A stretch of 27,079 nucleotides of DNA from Dehalococcoidia bacterium (GTDB lineage: Bacteria > Chloroflexota > Dehalococcoidia > JAZGDP01): positions 1 to 27,079 of the forward strand of contig JAZGDP010000093.1 in NCBI GenBank assembly GCA_036477885.1, written 5' to 3'. Positions 8,772 to 15,642 of this stretch are shown in pieces. The notes under the pieces were generated by a model. That model made no database searches and was not told the origin of the DNA. It saw only the letters and a list, made by a program, of their open reading frames with translations. A program made the translations under genes and the position numbers. Every line of letters starts with the position of its first letter. Position 1 is the stretch's first letter.

Positions 8772-9668
8772 CTAGGAAAAGATATCCCCGTACTTGATCC
8801 AATAATAGGCTATATAGGCCCCTGCTCCCACCAAGAACAGGGCGCTTATAGTGTGGACATGGGGCATCAAACCCTTGAGAGAGCGGGCCACCGCCCCTCG
8901 GAACAGGGCCGCTCCTACGGTAACGGCGATTAAGATAACCCCCATCCCCATGGAGTAGCTGATAAACTGAGCGAAGGAGTCGGCGAGCCCCTGGGTGGCA
9001 ATGGCGCTACCGACCACCACGAGAAAGATGGGTAAAGTGCAGCTCAGGGAGCCCACTGCATACGCTATGCCAAAGAGGAATACGTTGCGCAGGTTGCGCT
9101 GGGGGGTAATTGTCACCCGGCTGGCCGCCATGATACCCAAGGGTTTGTGAGTAGCAAACAGCCACAAACCCACCAGGGCCATAGCTATCCCTATGATAAG
9201 CCCTCCGATGGGGAAGGCACTAATTAGCCAGTTGCCCCCCAGGGAGATGATATATCCCACCAGGGAGAAAATGGCGATAAACCCTGTCGTGGCCACTAAG
9301 GCCAGAACAAGGGCACGGAAGAGACGAACAGGAGCTGGCGACTGGTAGAATCCCTCCTCCTGGGTGCCGAGATTATAGGCTACATAGGAAGGGAGCATGA
9401 AGAAGCCGCAGGGATTAACGCTGGCCACCATGCCGGCGCCGAAAGCGTAGCCGAAAGGCAAAGCCTCGGAGAGGCTAGCGAGGCCTCCCTCGGCGTCGCT
9501 GCGCACCGAAAGCAGGGCCGCCATGGCCGCCACTACCCCGCCGATGACGGCAATGAAAATACCCAGCCTGATGACTGACTGCTTTCGCGATACCCCGTTT
9601 AACGGTGAGCCTTGAATGGAAGCGCCCTCTCTACTATTGCCCTTGGCTATTCTGAAAGCCAGTTTCAT
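8772..9668 (-). CDS. ccdA: Cytochrome c biogenesis CcdA / DsbD-beta family membrane electron transporter
   Basis: Multiple hydrophobic helices; the two redox Cys lie in VNPCGFFMLPSY and SLSCTLPIF. Confidence 0.85.
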   Translation of the reverse strand: MKLAFRIAKGNSREGASIQGSPLNGVSRKQSVIRLGIFIAVIGGVVAAMAALLSVRSDAEGGLASLSEALPFGYAFGAGMVASVNPCGFFMLPSYVAYNLGTQEEGFYQSPAPVRLFRALVLALVATTGFIAIFSLVGYIISLGGNWLISAFPIGGLIIGIAMALVGLWLFATHKPLGIMAASRVTITPQRNLRNVFLFGIAYAVGSLSCTLPIFLVVVGSAIATQGLADSFAQFISYSMGMGVILIAVTVGAALFRGAVARSLKGLMPHVHTISALFLVGAGAYIAYYWIKYGDIFS

Positions 9669-9701
9669 CTTGCGCCCTGACAGTTGGGATTATTAAGTCC
9701 C

Positions 9702-10370
9702 TTATTCTTCGCTTACCGTTCCCAGGGCCTCAAGGAGCCTCTCCTCGATCTCCTTTTCCCCCATTTTCCCAATTCGCTTGTCCCGAATTATCCCATCTCG
9801 ATCGAGGAAATAAGTGGTAGGAAGAGCAGTAAGAGAGTAAGCCCGGGATACCAAGGCCTCCCCATCCAGCAACACAGTGTAACTCATGCCTGTTCTAGCT
9901 ACATAACGTGCTACAGGCTCCCGATTCTCCAGCAAGTCGACCCCTAAGAACTCCACGCCCTGGCTGTTGTATTTCTGGTACACCGCCTCCAGGTCAGGGA
10001 TCTCCGCCCTACATGGAGGGCACCAGGTGGCCCAGAAGTTGATGACCACCGCCTTTCCTCGGAGGTCGGCCAGGGAGACCTCATTTCCCTCTAGGTCGCT
10101 AAGGGTAAAGAGGGGTGCGGGAAAACCCACCTTTGGAGCGGGTGACAGCTCCCCCTCCAATGTTATGTTCACCGCTCCGGTAGCGCTAAGGTCACCACCT
10201 CGGATGTCCCCAGCGCTAGGAGTTACCAAAGAGTTATCTGAACTCCGGCTAACGATGATAGCCCAACTTACAAGGGCGATGAAACCCAAAAGACCCGTTA
10301 CAGCTAATATTGTAGGCCATCGCCTAAAGAAAGGGTCTTTTATTTTCTCTACATGGGTTGGGTTATCCAT
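9702..10370 (-). CDS. Membrane-anchored TlpA/ResA thiol-disulfide oxidoreductase
   Basis: N-terminal TM helix, NFWATWCPPC and ALPTTYFLDRDG. Confidence 0.92.
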   Translation of the reverse strand: MDNPTHVEKIKDPFFRRWPTILAVTGLLGFIALVSWAIIVSRSSDNSLVTPSAGDIRGGDLSATGAVNITLEGELSPAPKVGFPAPLFTLSDLEGNEVSLADLRGKAVVINFWATWCPPCRAEIPDLEAVYQKYNSQGVEFLGVDLLENREPVARYVARTGMSYTVLLDGEALVSRAYSLTALPTTYFLDRDGIIRDKRIGKMGEKEIEERLLEALGTVSEE

Positions 10371-10438
10371 GCTTTACCCTTGATTCGGCTCCCCCCTACT
10401 TTCCCTAAGCATTGCAAGCGGATTACTAGTATATCTTA

Positions 10439-10990
10439 TCACAAAACTCTCTCTACTTCCCTCTTCAGGGTGTCGTAGGAAGTAGCCCCATTGTCGCGAT
10501 ACACAATCTTTCCCTCTCTGTCTATTATGACCGTTGTGCCGAGGGCAGTTATGTTATACGTCTTGGTAACAAATCCGTTGGTGTCCTGGCCCCAGATGAC
10601 CTCCCCTGCGTCCACACTATTCCAGAAAACCTTCCAGGTCGATAGCGAGTAAGAGGGAAGTAAGTTGATGGCCACCACCTGCACCCCTTTATCGGCGAAC
10701 TCGGCATGAATCCTGCCCAGCGCTGGAGCCTCCAGCGCACAGGTGGGTCAACCAGGGAAGGAGAAGTATAACACCGTGACCTTCCCTAGCTGCTGGGCCA
10801 ATTGAAAGTCTCCGTTTAAGGTTGGTACTGTGAAATCGGACGCCAGGGGTCCACGGGGTTTCTCAATAGAGATATCGTTGCCTTCCCCAGAGGTTAGCTG
10901 CCAAGTGGCAACAGCGGCAATCACAGCCATCAATATCAACAGCGACCCAGCAGATAAAAACAGGAGGCTCTTTCTCCCTTGAATCGTCAC
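10439..10990 (-). CDS. Membrane-anchored TlpA/redoxin-family selenoprotein (U-P-T-C), 183 aa
   Basis: ORFs 10748-10990 and 10439-10684 are in one frame joined by TGA at 10748-10750, reading LYFSFPG-U-PTCALEAPAL. The TGA sits at the first position of the redoxin CxxC and is followed by a hairpin. Confidence 0.85.
10720..10738 (-). promoter_or_regulatory. Candidate bacterial SECIS element
   Basis: GCGCTGGA-GGC-TCCAGCGC is a perfect 8-bp stem whose loop starts 18 nt after the TGA; a lower stem CCTG/CAGG is possible. Confidence 0.7.
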
Positions 10991-10999
10991 TCCTACCCC

Positions 11000-11494
11000 C
11001 TATTCAGCCGTTATTCCACCGAGAAGTGCCCCGGCGCCGTGGAAATTCTTTCCCCCTTCCATCATCAAGGCCTGAAACTCGGTGTATTGGAAGGGGGTGG
11101 ATTCATCGCCCTGATCGGGCAGGAGTAAAGAGGCCGCTGATATATACCTCATTATAGCTATCTTAAAGGACTCATGAGCCTCGGTCACCTCAGAAGGCAC
11201 CGGTTCCAACCCCTCAACCCTTTCCAGTTGCTTCTCCAAGTCCTTGAGGACTAGGCGGGTATCTGCCTCAAACTCCGAGCTTAACCGATCGTCCTGACTG
11301 ATAGACACAGCCAGAAAACCGAGGATGCGAGTATCGTTCACCAGGCTTAGGGTGACCTGGTTGAATACATCTATGTACTGGTCTGTGGAGACCCTAGGTG
11401 TGATCGGGGTGGGGGTGGCTTCAGTAGCCCTATTAAGACACGCCGCAGCTATAAGAGACACAGCCACAACTAAAAGCAAAAGGCCCTTCATCAT
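11000..11494 (-). CDS. Hypothetical lipoprotein
   Basis: Basic N-terminus, hydrophobic core, IAAA-C lipobox, then a Thr/Pro-rich linker (TEATPTPITP). Confidence 0.7.
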   Translation of the reverse strand: MMKGLLLLVVAVSLIAAACLNRATEATPTPITPRVSTDQYIDVFNQVTLSLVNDTRILGFLAVSISQDDRLSSEFEADTRLVLKDLEKQLERVEGLEPVPSEVTEAHESFKIAIMRYISAASLLLPDQGDESTPFQYTEFQALMMEGGKNFHGAGALLGGITAE

Positions 11495-11529
11495 TCCCCT
11501 GCAAAAGTGTTTAATACGCCTGACAGAAA

Positions 11530-11691
11530 TTAGCCCTCGTCTTCTCGGCCCCCGCTTTTCAGTTGCCCCTCTATGACTTCCCTTGGCTCAGGGAGTTCCT
11601 CTTTCTCTCCACCTTTGAACCTCTTGGCCAGGAAAACTATACCGAGAACTGGCGCAAGACAACATGCAGCCACCAATAAGATAAATGGCAT
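11530..11691 (-). CDS. 53-aa single-TM microprotein with vicinal Cys-Cys (MerT/MerF-like motif)
   Basis: MPFILLVAACCLAPVLGIVFLAKRFKGGEKEELPEPREVIEGQLKSGGREDEG; SD AAGGGG upstream; starts 18 bp after the merA stop; below the length of any ORF in the track. Confidence 0.7.
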   Translation of the reverse strand: MPFILLVAACCLAPVLGIVFLAKRFKGGEKEELPEPREVIEGQLKSGGREDEG

Positions 11692-11709
11692 TGGAATACC
11701 CCTTTCTAG

Positions 11710-13146
11710 CTATTCTATGCAACAGGTCATCACCGAGATATCTCGGGTGAAGGCCTGGGCCGCCAGCTTTATCCCCTCGCTCAGGGTGGGATAGACGTGC
11801 ACCGTATCTATGATGTCGTCAACTGTTAGCTTGAATTTCACCGCTAATGTGGCCTCGTGGATGAGGTCGGCGGCGTGGGGAGCTACTATGTGCATCCCCA
11901 GGATCTGCGAGCTCTGGGGGTGGATCACCATCTTTATCACCCCTCGAGTCTCACCAATAACCATGGCCTTAGGGACTCTGGACACAGGCACTACACGACA
12001 GGCGCAGGCGTTGAAGCGCCGCATCTCCTCCTCCTCGGTTATGCCCACGCTAGCCACCTGGGGGTTGGTGAAGACGGCGTGGGGCACCTCGTCATAGTTA
12101 ATGGACCGCTCTGAACCGGCTAAGGCGTTCTCGGCCGCAAGCGCGCCCTCCTTGGCGGCGACGGTCTCCAGCAAGGCATTCCCCACACAATCCCCGGCGG
12201 CGTAGATATCAGGGGTGTCGGTCTGATAGTATTGGTCTACCTTGATGAACCCACCCTTATGGGTCTGTACACCCGATTTATCCAGGGCCAAGTCTTCGGT
12301 GTTGGCCTTGACCCCGGCGGCCAGGAGTAGCTCCTGGGCCTTCAACACCTCCTCATCGGTGCCGAAGGAGTGCTTTCTCAGGCCAGGCTGGCTTTTGCGG
12401 ATGGACACCACCTTCTCCTTGCCCTCTTGGGCGACTCTTTTCAACGTCACCCCGACTCGGAAGGAGATGCCCTCCTCTTCCAGGCAACGCTGTAGCTCCT
12501 GGGCCACCTCCGGCTCCTCTCTGGGCAATATCTGGTCCATGGCCTCCAGCACGGTGACCCTGGTGCCGAAGTGGGCGAACATCTGGGCGAACTCCAAGCC
12601 TAGGGGCCCCGCACCGATGACTATCATGGACTCTGGCAGCTCCTGGAGCTCCATGGCAGTAACATTGCTCAGCCAGGAGATGGTGTCCATCCCCGGGATA
12701 GGAAGGGGCTTGGTGGAGGAGCCGGTGGCGATGAGGAGCTTTTCTCCCTCATAGGTCTGCCCATCGACATCGACCTGGGTAGGCGAGACGAACTTAGCGC
12801 GGCCGTCGAGATAGGTAACCTCCTTCAGGCCCTCCACCACGTTTATGTAGTTGCTCTGCCGTGCCGTGGCAACCAACTCATCCTTCTGCTGGATAGCCAC
12901 TGCGAAGTCAAATCTAGGTCTGTGGCCGTTAGCCAGGGCCTTGAACCGGGGCGGGTCGGGGTAGAATAGCTCGTCGCCTACCGTAAGAAGATGCTTGCTG
13001 GGCATACAGCCCACGTTGACGCACGTGCCACCAATAGGAAGTCCACTATTGATCATTAGGGCCGACTTTCCCAGGTCCGATGCCTTGGTAGCGGCAGCGA
13101 AGGCCGCCGCCCCACCACCCACAATAACAAGATCGAATTTATCCAT
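11710..13146 (-). CDS. merA: Mercuric reductase-like flavoprotein disulfide reductase without an N-terminal NmerA domain
   Basis: [27 protein letters not shown] and C-terminal [19 protein letters not shown]. Start placed at ATG 13146 after GGGAGG. Confidence 0.85.
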   Translation of the reverse strand: MDKFDLVIVGGGAAAFAAATKASDLGKSALMINSGLPIGGTCVNVGCMPSKHLLTVGDELFYPDPPRFKALANGHRPRFDFAVAIQQKDELVATARQSNYINVVEGLKEVTYLDGRAKFVSPTQVDVDGQTYEGEKLLIATGSSTKPLPIPGMDTISWLSNVTAMELQELPESMIVIGAGPLGLEFAQMFAHFGTRVTVLEAMDQILPREEPEVAQELQRCLEEEGISFRVGVTLKRVAQEGKEKVVSIRKSQPGLRKHSFGTDEEVLKAQELLLAAGVKANTEDLALDKSGVQTHKGGFIKVDQYYQTDTPDIYAAGDCVGNALLETVAAKEGALAAENALAGSERSINYDEVPHAVFTNPQVASVGITEEEEMRRFNACACRVVPVSRVPKAMVIGETRGVIKMVIHPQSSQILGMHIVAPHAADLIHEATLAVKFKLTVDDIIDTVHVYPTLSEGIKLAAQAFTRDISVMTCCIE

Positions 13147-13261
13147 TACTTCTTTACCTCCCAAGATTAGTTTGATTTGCTGTCGAAAAATCCCTTATAA
13201 TCCCACACCTCGAAAGCCCTAGCCGCAGCAACCTGAGTTCAAATGCCTGTACAGGGTTTCA

Positions 13262-13807
13262 TTAGCCTAGCAACGGCTTTAATTCCTCCACCAGCTTCTC
13301 CCCCGAGAACACTACCGGATACCCCCACCCCACCAAAGGCTCGGGGACCTTATCCCATTTAGCCTGGCCTCCAAAGAGCAAATAGACATCCCAAATCACC
13401 TCATCTTGGAATGGCCTACCTAAGAACTGCTCCACCTCCTCAGAGGAGCCAGCAAATTTAGCAGCGTCACCCTCCCTCCAGGAGGGAAGGACCTTCTCCT
13501 TGAACCATCGTGCCAACTCCCGTTTCCCATCCCAGAAGTGGGAAACTCGAGGGTCGTCCAGAAGCTTCTGGGCCTCGGGCACCTTTTCCCGGGAATCGCC
13601 GGGCATCATAGGCAGCCAAACCGTATAAACGGAGAGCTTGGAGCGGCTGTTCTCTCCCAGGACCTTCTCCTGCACCCAACGGGCGCCGTCAGCACAGTAA
13701 CCTCAAGTTGGAGATAGGAAAAGGAGGAGACGCGGTACGCCGCGGTCGTCGTTAAAGCGAGCCTTCAAGGTATCGTGGGCAGCCTGCTGGACTAAATCAT
13801 CTTCCAT
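13262..13807 (-). CDS. Cytoplasmic thioredoxin-like selenoprotein (U-G-Y-C), 181 aa
   Basis: Frame is open from ATG 13807: MEDDLVQQAAHDTLKARFNDDRGVPRLLLFLSPT-U(TGA 13703-13705)-GYCADGARWVQEKV, continuing into track ORF 13262-13675. Confidence 0.82.
13670..13697 (-). promoter_or_regulatory. Candidate bacterial SECIS element
   Basis: CTGTGCT-GACGG-CGC-CCGTT-G-GGTGCAG hairpin including G-U pairs; the loop starts 18 nt after the TGA. Confidence 0.6.
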
Positions 13808-13834
13808 GTTGCACCCAAATAAGAAGTAAGGATT

Positions 13835-14152
13835 CTACTTGATTATCTGACAAGCTAGGACCCGCTCGGCGTTGTCTGCGAGAATCTGCTGTCCCAGCTC
13901 CAATATGTCCTTCACCCTCGGGTCGGCTATGGTGTAGTAGACGTTTTTACCCTCCCGATAGGAAACGACATATCCGCACCATCGCAGGCATGCCAGGTGG
14001 CTGGAGACCCTTCCCTGGGGCGAACCCAGCAGCTCCACTAACTCACCAACGTTCTTGTCGCCCTCCAGAAGGAGCTGAAGGATTTTTACCCTGGTGGGGT
14101 CGCCCAGGCCTCGGAAGAATTTAGCGGTAACCCCTGCGGTAGTAGGGACCAA
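13835..14152 (-). CDS. ArsR/SmtB family metal-sensing repressor, CmtR-like
   Basis: FFRGLGDPTRVKIL, SSHLACLRWCGYV and C-terminal LACQ. The start codon is uncertain. Confidence 0.9.
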   Translation of the reverse strand: MVPTTAGVTAKFFRGLGDPTRVKILQLLLEGDKNVGELVELLGSPQGRVSSHLACLRWCGYVVSYREGKNVYYTIADPRVKDILELGQQILADNAERVLACQIIK

Positions 14153-14182
14153 TTGAGGTACTGTATGAGTTTGCTGCGTGCT

Positions 14183-14210
14183 ATATACTCCTATACGTTT
14201 ATAAGTATAT
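14183..14210. promoter_or_regulatory. Candidate ArsR operator, imperfect 14-14 palindrome
   Basis: ATATACTCCTATAC|GTTTATAAGTATAT, 11 of 14 positions complementary; overlaps the -10 box and probable start site. Confidence 0.65.
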
Positions 14211-14235
14211 TAACGCTGGAACTCCTTTTTGTCAA
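14207..14235 (-). promoter_or_regulatory. sigma70-type promoter of the arsR-merA operon
   Basis: TTGACA (14235-14230)-17 bp-TAATAT (14212-14207). Confidence 0.75.
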
Positions 14236-14367
14236 GCACTATTTAACGGCCACAAACGAAAAGGGTGCCAGTGGGTTAAAAGAGGTTAGAGAAACTCGAG
14301 GAGTAACGCTAACGATTCCTTCACCCCCTCCACTGAGGAGCTAAATGGCTTAAAGGGGTAACTGTGC

Positions 14368-14396
14368 TTGACATACAGAGTCAAAGATGATAAGTT
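14368..14396 (+). promoter_or_regulatory. sigma70-type promoter of the ribosomal superoperon
   Basis: TTGACA-17 bp-TAAGTT with an extended -10 TG. Confidence 0.7.
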
Positions 14397-14498
14397 TAAA
14401 CTTTGGTATCTATATAGATATCAAATGCAGCGTGGCAAGATGTCTGTTACCCTATTTGAATGTTACAAAGAGAAGGGTAGCCTTGAGGGAGTTGGGAT

Positions 14499-14927
14499 AT
14501 GCCCACTATAAACCAATTGATTCGCAAGGGGCGTAAGAGGTCTACAAAAAAGACCAAGGCGCCAGCCTTAAGGTTCTCCTATAATGCGTTAAAGAACCGG
14601 ATGGTGCGGGGTAAAGGCTCACCCCAAAAAAGAGGGGTTTGCATTCAAGTGAGGACGGTTACCCCTAAAAAACCCAACTCTGCTCTCCGTAAAGTTGCCC
14701 GGGTAAGGCTTACCAACGGCATGGAGGTCATAGCCTATATACCGGGGGAGGGCCACACCCTTCAGGAACACTCGGTGGTGCTTATTCGAGGCGGCCGCGT
14801 CCCCGATCTACCGGGGGTGCGATATCATATAGTCCGCGGGGCCTTGGATGCCACGGGTGTAGACAACCGACATAAAGGCCGCAGCAAGTATGGGACCAAG
14901 AAGGTCAAGTCCATAGGAGGAGGGTAG
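14499..14927 (+). CDS. rpsL: 30S ribosomal protein S12
   Basis: [18 protein letters not shown] and DLPGVRYH. Confidence 0.98.
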   Translation: MPTINQLIRKGRKRSTKKTKAPALRFSYNALKNRMVRGKGSPQKRGVCIQVRTVTPKKPNSALRKVARVRLTNGMEVIAYIPGEGHTLQEHSVVLIRGGRVPDLPGVRYHIVRGALDATGVDNRHKGRSKYGTKKVKSIGGG

Positions 14928-15144
14928 GTTCAAAGGCCTCTACCTACATATGAATTATGAGTAAGGAGACCTAAGACCTGCCCTTCCAGGTGCCATCAGG
15001 GTCGCTAGGGCCAAACAATCTTCCCAGTCTAAAGTCAGCATTGCGGATGGCCTAGGGTGTTGGTGTGGGGAAAGGCAAGACTGAGGGAGACTTTCCACGG
15101 GAATTCATGAGTTTTAAGTATGTGTTGTCTAAGGGGAGCGGATA
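14928..15144 (+). ncRNA. Putative structured intercistronic RNA between rpsL and rpsG
   Basis: 217-nt spacer with several complementary segments, e.g. 15019-15030 with 15078-15090. Confidence 0.35.
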
Positions 15145-15615
15145 GTGCCCAGAAGAAGAAGAGCTGAAAAAAGGATAATACCTCCTGACTCCAAATATCG
15201 AAGTGAGAAGGTGGCTCGTTTCATCAATAAGATAATGATGGGGGGCAAAAAAAGCCTCGCCGAAAGGGTAGTCTATAAGGCCTTCGATATCATGGAGGAG
15301 GAGACGAAAAACAACGCCTTGGATGTGTTTGAACAGGCTATCCGTAACACTACCCCCTTCTTAGAGGTTAAGCCCAGGAGGGTGGGAGGGGCTACTTACC
15401 AGATTCCTATTGAGGTTAGGAGCGACAGAAGCCTCTCTCTTTCTATGCGATGGCTGGTTTCTGCCGCTAGGGCTCGCTCAGGCAGTGCCATGGCTCAAAG
15501 GTTGGCCACCGAGTTGATAGATGCCTCCAAAGGCCAAGGAGCGGCAGTCAAAAAGAGGGAGGATATCCACCGCATGGCTGAGGCCAACAGGGCCTTTGTA
15601 CACTATCGATGGTAA
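15145..15615 (+). CDS. rpsG: 30S ribosomal protein S7
   Basis: MPRRRRA, RRVGGATYQIP and MAEANRAF. Confidence 0.98.
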   Translation: MPRRRRAEKRIIPPDSKYRSEKVARFINKIMMGGKKSLAERVVYKAFDIMEEETKNNALDVFEQAIRNTTPFLEVKPRRVGGATYQIPIEVRSDRSLSLSMRWLVSAARARSGSAMAQRLATELIDASKGQGAAVKKREDIHRMAEANRAFVHYRW

Positions 15616-15642
15616 GGGCTATGCCCTTTATCGAGTTGAAAG

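Noticed and set aside
13167-13262. Mini-[36 protein letters not shown] overlapping the selenoprotein stop and filling the gap before merA; a possible third Sec peptide
   Set aside because: Only a weak 3-bp stem follows the TGA, there is no recognisable redox motif, and short open frames arise by chance. Worth revisiting only if conserved.
10439-13807. Alternative genetic code (TGA = Trp/Gly) as the explanation for the in-frame TGAs
   Set aside because: TGA is the true stop of rpsS, rplN, rpsH, rplR, rpsE and the Mo subunit at their expected lengths, and Trp is encoded by TGG.
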